DNA from: an uncultured virus (IMG/VR IMGVR_UViG_3300035703_000051)
Taxonomy: Duplodnaviria; Heunggongvirae; Uroviricota; Caudoviricetes
Direction: 5' to 3' (one strand)
DNA: 64,000 nt
Virus record (IMG/VR): IMGVR_UViG_3300035703_000051
In this document: one piece after another, positions 45,344 to 54,633 of the stretch
Layout of the letters: each line of letters begins with the position of its first letter
Position numbering within the stretch: the stretch's first letter is position 1
Made by a program: the position numbers and the translations under genes
The notes under the pieces: model-generated
Seen by the model: the letters and a program-made list of their open reading frames with translations, nothing else
Databases searched by the model: none
Told to the model about the DNA's origin: nothing

Positions 45344-48300
45344 TAACTAAACCCTTTAAACAGAGAAGTAAAATCTTTCAAGAAAGAAGTGGCTGCTGCA
45401 CTTTTTTGAGGCAACTCTTTTTCTTCGTCTTCAAATATTTTAAAATAAGAAGATTGAGAAGCAGCTGCTTGTTCTTGCTCTTGTTCTTTGTCTTTAAGGA
45501 AAGCGGCGCCGCCAAGACTGGTATCATCTTCAAATAAACCACTAAGGCCACTGAAAGCCTGGAAAGGATTCTCCATATCACCAAAAGCAGATTCCAATCC
45601 TTTTTCAGATGTGATTTTACTGATCACCTGTTGCTCTGTTCTATCTACATCTGGGAAAAACTCAGTGTAAAATTCATCTTCGCTTCCCCCATAACCTGCA
45701 TTTTTAAACACATCATATAAAACAGTTCTTTCTCCCTCTACTTTTTTTACATCAGTAGGCCGTTCAATGTAAGTTACGCCTAATGTTTTTTGATTTAATT
45801 CTTCTTCATTTTCATTTAAATACTTAATGCTTTCTCGAATATTTTTTGCTTCTTCCGTTCTTAATTGATCAACTAAATATTGTTTTACTTGTTCTACTGT
45901 GGCGTCTTGTCCTTCTAATCCAATTGATTTAAGTACTTTTTCCCACTCTTCCTTGTTGTCTTCTGGGCTAACAGAACTTAATATTGCATCCGCAAATTCT
46001 TCTGGCGTTACGAACTTCATAAAGCCAGCTCCACCATAAAATTCTCGACGAGCAGCCATATCAACGCCAAAGTCTTTAATTTTTTGCTGCAGTTCGTCAT
46101 ACGGCAAAATATCTTGCGCGGGATCCAGTAATAAAGAATTACCTGTTGCTGGATCTTTTACAGAGCCAGTGCTTCCTTTCGCCTGGTAATGTAATTTGGC
46201 AAATACTCTTGGATCTGTTTTATAAGTTCCTTCGTAACCATAGCGATAAGCTTCCAAAGCCCAGTTAATACCGTCTTCTCCAACTATTCCTGCTTTGGCT
46301 TTTTCAAAATCTTCTGCAATCAAATCTTTCTGGTATTGATACTGTTTCAACTTTTCTGCACCAACTTGTTTTGTATTGTTAGTTACAGGGTCAAGATAAA
46401 AAGTTGGATCAAATTTTGACAGCGCCCTTTCCGATGACTGCATTAAATCCAAGAAAGTTTTTGCCCTTAAGTCAGCAATTTGCTTAAGTTTGTTAATTGT
46501 TGTTTGGGACTGAAAAACGTTTTGTTCGTTTTCTTTTACATCTAAATAACTAATAAATTCATCCATTGATTTAGATTGATCAAAGCGTGGTTTAAGGTAA
46601 CCATCAACAAAATCTTTGACAAATGCTTTGTTTGCATCTTGATCAAGATGAAACATAATTTTTTTAAAGTCTTCTGCATTATTAACATCTAATGTTCTAG
46701 TTTCATCTTTGTATTTTTCCGCAATCTCCAAATAAATTGGTTTAGCTAAAGTTTTATCTTTGTTATAAGCTTCTATTTCTTCTTTTGCTGTTTCTTGTAA
46801 TTTATTTAGTTCTTCAGTACTAAATACTTTGCCTTCCAGTTGATAATCATCATATTTTTTTAGTAAAGTTTCATCAAACCATTTCTGCCAATTGTAAATT
46901 GTAGAGTTAGAAGTAACACCAGTCAAACTACCCAACTCACTTTCTAGTCCTTTTTGATAAGATTTTGTATCCCCAGTTAAACCAAGAATCCCACCAATAC
47001 CACTATCTCCGATAATTGAATTAGCAAGTGTGCTATTAATATTCATGATTTCACTGTACCCAGGCAGCTGGGACAAGAGCGTTAAACTTGCTTCTTGTTG
47101 TTTAGCTTTCTTTAGCTCATCAATACTTAACTTTAATAAATCTTGGGCCATTGATCCAAGTTGCTTTTCTCGCCTTGCATCCTCTCCTGAAAGGGTACCG
47201 GCGAAAGTTCTTTCTAGGATTGTGTTGATATCTGCTTGATTAATCAAATTACCTTCTGAGTCATATTGAGGAGCAGCCATAACAAGACTTTGTTTGCCTG
47301 TTTCATCTGTAGTAATTCCAAGAACTTGATCTCTGTACAGTTGTTTTTCATAATCAGTAAGTTTTTCTTCGTATTTATATGGTGCAGTACTTGATTCTTC
47401 AACTGGAGAGTTTCCACGCTCACCCGCAGCTTTACCTTGCGTTGTGTAATGCCAATGTAAATAACTATCTTTTGTATATCTTTTTGTGATATCTAAATTA
47501 GGTATTGCCAAACCTCCTAAAGAGAGTGATGACTGTGCTGCATTCCAGTCCTGCAAAGCTTTTTGTCCACCCTTTGTAGAGCCTCCATAATAATTTGCAT
47601 TAAAACCTCCAACTGGTGGTTGGGCACCCTGTGTAATTGCGTCCCAAGGATTAATTCTTGTTGTGTAAGAGGCTTCAATAATATCTTTTCCATTGTTTTT
47701 AATAAAATCTTTTAACTCGGTAGAATCTAAAGTATTTTTAACGCTATCTATTAAACTAGAATAATTACCAGAACTGGCATTGTTAATGCTATTTACTAAA
47801 CTAGTGTAATTATTTAAAGCGCCGGCACCAATAAGATTTGAATTGGCAATATAAGCACTGCCATTATTATTAACAGCTATTTTTGCGCCCGGCAAAATAC
47901 GATCTTCATTTTTTCCAAAATTTGTCCAATGCTCAGCGCCCCAAGCTTCTTTTGTTTTGCTGAATTCTACAGGTACTTCGCGACCCTCTTGTTTTCCATG
48001 GTTTTCCCAATGTGTTTTCCCCCATTCTGCTTTTGTCTGACTAAAACTCATAGGCATATATCGCCCTTCTTTGTTCCCATGAATATCCCAATGTGATTTT
48101 CCCCATTCTTCTTTTGTTATCGAATCTGTGGGACGTTTTTTATCCCATGAAGAGGATGAAAGACCGCTATTCCACGCCCAAACAAGATCCGGGTTGCTAT
48201 CTACATAACTGCTGTAATCAGGTTTGCCGGTTTCTTGATAATAAGCAGAAGCAAGATCGTAATACTTATTAACATAAGAGTCGTAGTTAAACACACCAGA

Positions 48301-48366
48301 TGCTTTATATGCATTGGCTAAATCACTGTAATTATCAACATAATCTGTAAAAACTCCCATCAGCAA
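45343..48366 (-). CDS. Large virion/ejection-like protein
   Basis: 1007 aa with N-terminal YxxxxxDL and HWxxxGxxEGR repeats. Confidence 0.65.
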   Translation of the reverse strand: MLMGVFTDYVDNYSDLANAYKASGVFNYDSYVNKYYDLASAYYQETGKPDYSSYVDSNPDLVWAWNSGLSSSSWDKKRPTDSITKEEWGKSHWDIHGNKEGRYMPMSFSQTKAEWGKTHWENHGKQEGREVPVEFSKTKEAWGAEHWTNFGKNEDRILPGAKIAVNNNGSAYIANSNLIGAGALNNYTSLVNSINNASSGNYSSLIDSVKNTLDSTELKDFIKNNGKDIIEASYTTRINPWDAITQGAQPPVGGFNANYYGGSTKGGQKALQDWNAAQSSLSLGGLAIPNLDITKRYTKDSYLHWHYTTQGKAAGERGNSPVEESSTAPYKYEEKLTDYEKQLYRDQVLGITTDETGKQSLVMAAPQYDSEGNLINQADINTILERTFAGTLSGEDARREKQLGSMAQDLLKLSIDELKKAKQQEASLTLLSQLPGYSEIMNINSTLANSIIGDSGIGGILGLTGDTKSYQKGLESELGSLTGVTSNSTIYNWQKWFDETLLKKYDDYQLEGKVFSTEELNKLQETAKEEIEAYNKDKTLAKPIYLEIAEKYKDETRTLDVNNAEDFKKIMFHLDQDANKAFVKDFVDGYLKPRFDQSKSMDEFISYLDVKENEQNVFQSQTTINKLKQIADLRAKTFLDLMQSSERALSKFDPTFYLDPVTNNTKQVGAEKLKQYQYQKDLIAEDFEKAKAGIVGEDGINWALEAYRYGYEGTYKTDPRVFAKLHYQAKGSTGSVKDPATGNSLLLDPAQDILPYDELQQKIKDFGVDMAARREFYGGAGFMKFVTPEEFADAILSSVSPEDNKEEWEKVLKSIGLEGQDATVEQVKQYLVDQLRTEEAKNIRESIKYLNENEEELNQKTLGVTYIERPTDVKKVEGERTVLYDVFKNAGYGGSEDEFYTEFFPDVDRTEQQVISKITSEKGLESAFGDMENPFQAFSGLSGLFEDDTSLGGAAFLKDKEQEQEQAAASQSSYFKIFEDEEKELPQKSAAATSFLKDFTSLFKGFS

Positions 48367-48698
48367 TCACCAAAAATAAATACGGATTCTTGTTTGACCC
48401 AGCTTTCAATCCTACCAAGAGTTTCAATAGAAAAAAAGGATTGTTTTTCAAACCAATTTTTCATATCTTCTGATCCTTTATGGGCATTACAACGACGACA
48501 ACATGGGATTAAATTGTGTCGATTGGAAGAACCGGACTTAAACCTAGGTACAATATGGTCCAGGCTTGTCGCTGCCTCTCCGCAATATCCGCACTTATGA
48601 CCCCAGGCTTCATATATACTTTCTCTAAACCGTTTTTTTGCAAGTTTTGGTGTTAATTCAACTAGCAGGGCGAGAGGCTCGTGCTCGTTGCAAAACAT
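48360..48698 (-). CDS. HNH endonuclease
   Basis: CGYCG...LDHIVPRFKSG...NLIPCCRRCNAHKG. Confidence 0.9.
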   Translation of the reverse strand: MFCNEHEPLALLVELTPKLAKKRFRESIYEAWGHKCGYCGEAATSLDHIVPRFKSGSSNRHNLIPCCRRCNAHKGSEDMKNWFEKQSFFSIETLGRIESWVKQESVFIFGDC

Positions 48699-48782
48699 GC
48701 TATTTAATTGCCGTTAATTTATTTTAATTTCCCCACACATTTTCTATAACTAAACAAACAGATAAAATTTTAATTAAGGCTC

Positions 48783-48810
48783 TTGACACCCCCTTGACGC
48801 CAGATAAGGT
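48783..48810 (+). promoter_or_regulatory. Sigma70-like promoter
   Basis: TTGACA-N16-TAAGGT upstream of ATG48835. Confidence 0.5.
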
Positions 48811-48834
48811 ATATGAGTAACCAACGCCACTTCA

Positions 48835-49053
48835 ATGGCTAAGCATCCAGGTTGGGTCTCGGCCCAACAAGCAGAAGAGCTCTTGGGCATTGACCGCAAG
48901 ACTCTATTCAAGTACCGCGACGACGGCACTCTTAAGCTTGGACCGCACTTTGCAGCTTTTCCTGAGACGCGCTCCAGGGATGGCTATCGTTGGAATGTAA
49001 AGGCTGTCAGGACACACCTGCAAAAACAGGGTATGCTGACTTCACTCGCTTAG
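48835..49053 (+). CDS. Excisionase/MerR-like HTH protein
   Basis: WVSAQQAEELLGIDRKTLFKYRDDG. Confidence 0.7.
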   Translation: MAKHPGWVSAQQAEELLGIDRKTLFKYRDDGTLKLGPHFAAFPETRSRDGYRWNVKAVRTHLQKQGMLTSLA

Positions 49054-49429
49054 GTTGCCTATAGTGATTTTTACGGAGTTTATGAGCAAGGACTAAGTCA
49101 GTAATGTTGAGTTCAACATTCTGAAAAGCCATTGCTTCATAAAGGGATGAAGAAAGGGACTGTAAACAGCTCTGCAGATTGCGGGGCTGTTTTTCTTTTA
49201 GATCAAACAAGAAAACCCACTGTGGATGTAGTGGGCGGACAAGTCGCTTTTTGCCAGGGACAGACAATGAGTCATCTGGTCCCCAGTCAAATTTGCATAG
49301 CTCCTCTGGCTTTAAGCCGTAAGTTGCAACCATGGCATAGAGCCACGCTACGTCTTTAGTTTTTTTGCTGGATGTCAAGCGGAAATACTCATCCACGATC
49401 CGCTGATCCAGGGGCGGTTGGTGAGTCAT
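49007..49429 (-). CDS. Truncated tyrosine-recombinase-like protein
   Basis: WLYAMVATYGLKPEEL and RLVRPLHPQWVFLFDL resemble the cyanobacterial integrase core; no HxLR/Tyr box seen. Confidence 0.5.
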   Translation of the reverse strand: MTHQPPLDQRIVDEYFRLTSSKKTKDVAWLYAMVATYGLKPEELCKFDWGPDDSLSVPGKKRLVRPLHPQWVFLFDLKEKQPRNLQSCLQSLSSSLYEAMAFQNVELNITDLVLAHKLRKNHYRQPKRVKSAYPVFAGVS

Positions 49430-49539
49430 ATCAGTATGAGCTTAGTACCCGCACCATATCTAACGATGGGGACTGCTCGCAAGGGGTAAAGGAATCCTTA
49501 ATAAGTCTCGTGGGACTTAATATAAGTATACATTATCAA

Positions 49540-51069
49540 TCACGGATTGTAAGACACACCATTTTTATCAAACATTGTAAAACCTTGCATAAGAATAAAT
49601 TGAGTCGGAACATTAAATAACTTTTGCATCATTGGCATCATCATTGGTGATTGACAGTTATAGGGAGGAACATCCATTTGAGATAAAGAAGATCGATTTA
49701 AGTTGGCAGCTTGAAATTCTTGCTGTTCGTTTTCAGTTTGATCAACAATCCGTTGTTCCCACGCAGCCATGCTTCCAATGCCAACAGGAAAATCAGATGG
49801 TTCCGGTGGAAACGTCCCATCTGCAAACTTAAGTGCATAGATGTGTTTGCAGTATCTCAACTCATCAAGCAATGGTTCCCAATTATCCGTTAACGATGTG
49901 ATAACACCTTGTTCACTGCTGTAGTCCTCATAAGACGGAAGGCCGTCTGGCGTTGTGCCAGGGATGGCAGGTGTGATGGTTTTTCTTGTATAGGTCGCAC
50001 CAAAATCCCTGAAGACACCTGGGTTGTCTCGTGTCGCTCCAGGATCAACAACAGATGAAGTAACATCAGATGGAAGCGTATATCCACTTGGGGCATACAC
50101 CTGCATCTGTCGATTGACTGTGGCCCTGGTCATTGCACTGTTGTTTAAAGCACCTGCCAATGTGGTTTTTTCGTAACGACCAGGCTTAATGGATGATGCA
50201 CCACTACGTGGATAAAGTTTTTTAATGGGTTTATCAATGTCTCGCATAAACGCGTAATCACGATGCGTAAAATCTTGACACGAGCAACAAAACCTGGCAC
50301 CTGTGATTAAAAACCTACCAACGGTAAAAGGCTGTGGCGCTGGTGAAATATATTCTTTATCTGGAGTATTCTGAACTGAACCCGATTTACGTAACGTTAA
50401 AATACCTGTGAATGGATTAGTAGAAACTAAAACTGCCTGTGTGTAACCATATCGTTTTTGATTTTGCGGGTTAATTGTGTCTCGATCAATAATGTCACCG
50501 TTAACTGTAATGACACGATCTTCCAGGATTTCACTGTCTAATGGAGTCAAACCTCCAGGTATTCCTGGAACAGCAACATAAAACGGTGGAGGTAAAGGGT
50601 TGCTCGAACTCCAGTTACCTGCAAGTTTTACATACCAATACTGAGAATCTTCTGTGATTGATTCAATAAACAGTTTTTGACTGGTGCTTGGATCTGTTAG
50701 TTTATCGCTACGCATTGATCCGGCATAACGCCAGCCAGCCCAATGCATTCCCATCTCTTTATTCTTGGTTGGAAATCCTACAAAAGTCCCAGAAACAATT
50801 GGAGCAGGATTTGTTACTGAACTTGGAGTTCCAGAAGGAACAGGGATTTGATATTGAAATGGGTAGTTATAGCCGTTGTCGTAGAAGGTAGCAGTAGCAA
50901 GTTCATAGCCACGCCTCCACCTTGTCCACGCTGATTCACGATTAACTGAATACAAAGAGTCAGGGACTGATCCTTTAGAAAATTCAGTCGTTATTGGTTT
51001 AATAGGGCGCGGATCAAAATGCGCCCCTTTTACAAAATTACCAAAAGAGTTCCCACTCTTTTTGGCCAT
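49540..51069 (-). CDS. Hypothetical protein with split SWIM-like motif
   Basis: CCSCQDF...YCKHIYA. Confidence 0.65.
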   Translation of the reverse strand: MAKKSGNSFGNFVKGAHFDPRPIKPITTEFSKGSVPDSLYSVNRESAWTRWRRGYELATATFYDNGYNYPFQYQIPVPSGTPSSVTNPAPIVSGTFVGFPTKNKEMGMHWAGWRYAGSMRSDKLTDPSTSQKLFIESITEDSQYWYVKLAGNWSSSNPLPPPFYVAVPGIPGGLTPLDSEILEDRVITVNGDIIDRDTINPQNQKRYGYTQAVLVSTNPFTGILTLRKSGSVQNTPDKEYISPAPQPFTVGRFLITGARFCCSCQDFTHRDYAFMRDIDKPIKKLYPRSGASSIKPGRYEKTTLAGALNNSAMTRATVNRQMQVYAPSGYTLPSDVTSSVVDPGATRDNPGVFRDFGATYTRKTITPAIPGTTPDGLPSYEDYSSEQGVITSLTDNWEPLLDELRYCKHIYALKFADGTFPPEPSDFPVGIGSMAAWEQRIVDQTENEQQEFQAANLNRSSLSQMDVPPYNCQSPMMMPMMQKLFNVPTQFILMQGFTMFDKNGVSYNP

Positions 51070-51071
51070 GA

Positions 51072-51851
51072 TTAGAAGAAACCGCCTTGGGCAGTTACAT
51101 GAACACCAGGAGTATATCCAGAGATATTAGCGGCATCTGGGAAAACACCAACATAAATACGATCACCACGCTCCAAGTAGATTCCTTTGTTGCGTAATGG
51201 AGCACTTGGTCCAAGACCATTGGTATTGCCCGCCTGTACAACAGGAGCCGCAAGTTGTGGCATCACGTCAGAGCAATCAACAGTTCCACTATTTGCTGGA
51301 ACAGTTTTTGCAAAAAGTAACCGGTAATCACCAGAGCCAGGGATGGGTGTAGTTGTACCGCGAGTCTGATAGAAAACAAAAGTTACAGCAGGTTGATATC
51401 CATAGGCAACACCGTTGTAGCTGAAGCCACTAGAAGTACCACCTGAATAAATAAGAGAAGTATTAACACCTGTAAGTGTCGTGGCGCCGGTATAAGTGTA
51501 ATAACCATAGCCGCTCATTGCTGCAGTTCCTAAGACCCCAGTGGCAGCAATGAACACAATCTGACCACTGCTAAGAGATATAACAGTGCCAGAAGTTGAC
51601 GCGTTAACCGTGTAATCCGGAGACCGGTAAAAATCATTACGTGCAATGGTAATCGAATCAACAACGCCACCATTGTTGTTGTCTTCGCTTAATTCCGCAT
51701 CCATATCAACCAGGATGGACGGTGCTTGTCCACCCTGGACGAACAAGGTATTAGATGTGGCGCTACCCACTGTCTGCGTCGTGACTCGAACAGCGTCGAA
51801 TAACGGGCGATCAACCAGCAGCGGCTGTTTGTTGGTACTAGTCGAAGACAA
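51072..51851 (-). CDS. Putative structural protein
   Basis: Ser/Thr/Gly-rich, located in the virion module. Confidence 0.6.
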   Translation of the reverse strand: MSSTSTNKQPLLVDRPLFDAVRVTTQTVGSATSNTLFVQGGQAPSILVDMDAELSEDNNNGGVVDSITIARNDFYRSPDYTVNASTSGTVISLSSGQIVFIAATGVLGTAAMSGYGYYTYTGATTLTGVNTSLIYSGGTSSGFSYNGVAYGYQPAVTFVFYQTRGTTTPIPGSGDYRLLFAKTVPANSGTVDCSDVMPQLAAPVVQAGNTNGLGPSAPLRNKGIYLERGDRIYVGVFPDAANISGYTPGVHVTAQGGFF

Positions 51852-51880
51852 TGTTCTATACCTTATTTTTTATTTATTTA

Positions 51881-52555
51881 TTATAATCCTGGCAATCGAG
51901 CACTGCCAGTTAATGCTGATAGATAGGGCGATATAGGGGTTAGCGTTTGAGCAGAAAACACATCACGCTGTACAGGAGACATATCCCTCATTGCAGCTTG
52001 CAGAAGTGGGCTCTGCAACGCTGGAGAATTTAAAAGCAATTCTCCAGTAAAGGCGGCGAGTAGATCTTGTGGATCAATAAGAGATTTAGATGCCGTTTGC
52101 TGAGGTGCTTGATCAAGCGTACCAAGCTTTTCATAAATTGCCCTGGCTGCTTTCTGGCGAGCTTCCGTTTTAGGAATACCTGCACGCTCGTAATCAGTGA
52201 CAAAACGCCGAGCTGCTTCTTCTGGAGAGACAGCACCACGCAAGGATTGTCCAGCAGCTTTCTCTGGCCCTTGCAGCTCATGAATAATGAAATCAGCTTG
52301 TAAATTAATGTCGCCAGGATCTTTTCCTTTTTGCTTGGCGTACTTGATTAACGCATCTTGGCGACCACCCGTCCATTGAGGAACACCAAATCCACCCTTT
52401 CCCAAGGGGGGTCCAACTATTCCGCCCTCATTAATACGAGGATTGAAGCCAGATTCAAGCTGAAAGTTACCAAGAGCACCTGCAATCTGGCCGCGTGTAT
52501 ACCCAGCCGCCTGCATGCGTTTTGCGATAATAAGAGCGTTGGGATCTAACGACAT
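51881..52555 (-). CDS. Phage tail lysozyme-domain protein
   Basis: AGALGNFQLESG, GFGVPQWTGGR, QADFIIHEL and YERAG motifs. Confidence 0.8.
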   Translation of the reverse strand: MSLDPNALIIAKRMQAAGYTRGQIAGALGNFQLESGFNPRINEGGIVGPPLGKGGFGVPQWTGGRQDALIKYAKQKGKDPGDINLQADFIIHELQGPEKAAGQSLRGAVSPEEAARRFVTDYERAGIPKTEARQKAARAIYEKLGTLDQAPQQTASKSLIDPQDLLAAFTGELLLNSPALQSPLLQAAMRDMSPVQRDVFSAQTLTPISPYLSALTGSARLPGL

Positions 52556-52568
52556 GGCTTCATTGGTT

Positions 52569-52685
52569 TTATTCTCCTACCCAATTTGAACTTGCCTTGA
52601 GACCAGGAACAAAAACGGTTTGAAGCGCCAGGGTTGTAGCCAGGTACGCAAGGGTGCGTTTAACAAAATTAGGGCAGAGAATCAT
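52569..52685 (-). CDS. 38-aa peptide (not in ORF track)
   Basis: MILCPNFVKRTLAYLATTLALQTVFVPGLKASSNWVGE. Confidence 0.45.
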   Translation of the reverse strand: MILCPNFVKRTLAYLATTLALQTVFVPGLKASSNWVGE

Positions 52686-52771
52686 TGGTTTAAAGCAACA
52701 ACGCTGGCCTCCATGAATCAAAGATTCGTATCCAGCTGGTTGGACTTACATGCCAAGCAATGCCAAGGGTA

Positions 52772-53518
52772 TCACTTACTTGCTTGCTGAAGAAGCTTCT
52801 TCTTCATTTCTTCAATTTTGTCAGGTGTTAATCCATAGGCAGCAGGATCATATCCCGTCTCCAAAGTTGCACGAGTACCGAGATCGCCTACCTGGTAAGG
52901 AACAGCGCCTGGTGCTACAGGGATAGGTGCAGCCGTCTTTTGCATCTCCGCAACTTGGCCAGGTGCCATGCCAGACTGATACCCAAACATACGATCCATA
53001 AGAGGATTAAAACTGCCTACGGCACCCCCCGTTTGCCCCATGGGGGTGGTGCCGTATTTCTGACGCCAGATCTGCATACCGATGTCTTCTGCAGACTGCA
53101 CTTGCTCTGGTGTTGCACCAGGAGCCACAGCCTTGAGACGAGCAGCCTCGTAACGCTGGAGTTCAGGATCTTGTGCTGTTAACTGCGCAATACGAGATGT
53201 TTCTGCAGCTTGTGCACGTTCCTGGGGAGTCCCACCAATAGGATTAAGCCTCGCAGAATAATCTGTGTTGGCGCCTGGAATATCACGACCTGTTTGGTAT
53301 TCTTGGAAACGACGTGCACGCTCACCTGCGCCAGAATAATCAGGACGCATGAACTGTGGGTTCACAACAGGACGTGTTTGAATTGGAGAGGCAATACCCC
53401 GCGTCCCGATATTATTTCGATTTAAAAAATTAGTGGCATTTTGCAGAACGTTTCCCGCTGCACCACCAAGTTGACCCAACGTAAAACGATTCAAGTAATC
53501 ATAAAGATTATCAGCCAT
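52772..53518 (-). CDS. Hypothetical virion-module protein
   Basis: GGAGG Shine-Dalgarno before ATG53518; Ala/Gln/Gly-rich. Confidence 0.65.
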   Translation of the reverse strand: MADNLYDYLNRFTLGQLGGAAGNVLQNATNFLNRNNIGTRGIASPIQTRPVVNPQFMRPDYSGAGERARRFQEYQTGRDIPGANTDYSARLNPIGGTPQERAQAAETSRIAQLTAQDPELQRYEAARLKAVAPGATPEQVQSAEDIGMQIWRQKYGTTPMGQTGGAVGSFNPLMDRMFGYQSGMAPGQVAEMQKTAAPIPVAPGAVPYQVGDLGTRATLETGYDPAAYGLTPDKIEEMKKKLLQQASK

Positions 53519-53520
53519 GA

Positions 53521-53565
53521 TTACCTCCAAACCTCATATAAATAAAGACGAGAACCAACAGCAGT
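53521..53565 (-). pseudogene. Displaced duplicate of the 3' end of gene 54135-54596
   Basis: Reads TAVGSRLYLYEVWR-stop, versus VSVGTRLYLHELWR-stop in the intact gene. Confidence 0.8.
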
Positions 53566-53575
53566 TAGCTTTATA

Positions 53576-54091
53576 TTAGTTTGATTCTAAATCAAGACAC
53601 GCAAATTCTTTGTAAAAAAGCCTCTGTGCTTCTAGCGCCGCTTTTCTAGCGTCTTCTTCGGTTTCAAAATTACCCACTGTAATGCGTGTTCCCTCTGAGG
53701 TAACGCGTACCCGATAAAGCCCGTTGTCTTTTCTTTTGGTATAACCAACAAAAATTTTGTTGTGATTATTTTCTGTTTCACTAGCAAGTCTTAAATTCTC
53801 CCATCGATTATCCTGTGGATTTCTGTTTTTATGTTCAACCAACAAAGAACCTGGATCAACACCTGTCATTAAAAGCCATGCAATCCGGCTAATGTAATAG
53901 CTTTTGCCTTTGTGTTTTATGATCCATGTTTTACGTCTCGCTGGTCCACCAAGAGATCCTATCGGTTTACCAACCTTTCCTTTGTCCGCGTTGCAGCGCG
54001 ACTTTATCAAGAACAAATCACCCGTTTCTGGCGAGTATTTATAATATTCTTTCAGTTCTTCAACGGCAGGTAATGGACATGGGGCAACCAT
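53576..54091 (-). CDS. HNH homing endonuclease with AP2-like C-terminal domain
   Basis: YSPETG, SRIAWLL, VEHKNRNPQDNRWENLR and VGNFETEEDA motifs. Confidence 0.85.
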   Translation of the reverse strand: MVAPCPLPAVEELKEYYKYSPETGDLFLIKSRCNADKGKVGKPIGSLGGPARRKTWIIKHKGKSYYISRIAWLLMTGVDPGSLLVEHKNRNPQDNRWENLRLASETENNHNKIFVGYTKRKDNGLYRVRVTSEGTRITVGNFETEEDARKAALEAQRLFYKEFACLDLESN

Positions 54092-54134
54092 CGGATTGAT
54101 GCGTGTATCAATATCCTATCATACGCGGATCAAC

Positions 54135-54596
54135 TTATCTCCACAGCTCGTGCAAGTATAAGCGGGTGCCCACTGAAACATCGGCGGGACCAGGTAATGA
54201 CTGGATAAATTCAGCACCAGAGCGTTCGTAACGATACCTAGCCTGGAACGGATCCTTGTAGTTCGGGACGTAAAGGATGTTTGCTAAACGGTTGGTTTCG
54301 TAGAGATAAATCTCATCCCAAACCTTAAGAGCCTCTTTGGCATTGCTAGAGCGGATCGTACGATCCACGTCACCAGCAATACTTTCAAGGCGAGTAGAAG
54401 GAGAGGTGGCAACCTCGGTCTTCTTCTCTGCCGTATCACAACGACCAATCTGAATAATGATCTTGTCGTAGAAATACGAATCTGGGACCGTATTCATGGC
54501 TTCTTCCAGACGGGCGTAATCACCCGCTGGCACGGAAACCGTGAAATAGCCCAGATGATACCGGACCCTGCTTTTGTCGAAATCAGACAGCTGCAC
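54135..54596 (-). CDS. Virion-module protein, possible head-tail adaptor
   Basis: DKSRVRYHLGY; positioned after the capsid genes. Confidence 0.6.
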   Translation of the reverse strand: MQLSDFDKSRVRYHLGYFTVSVPAGDYARLEEAMNTVPDSYFYDKIIIQIGRCDTAEKKTEVATSPSTRLESIAGDVDRTIRSSNAKEALKVWDEIYLYETNRLANILYVPNYKDPFQARYRYERSGAEFIQSLPGPADVSVGTRLYLHELWR

Positions 54597-54633
54597 AGTC
54601 TATTTCCGTTATGTTATCAATTATAAACGCTAG

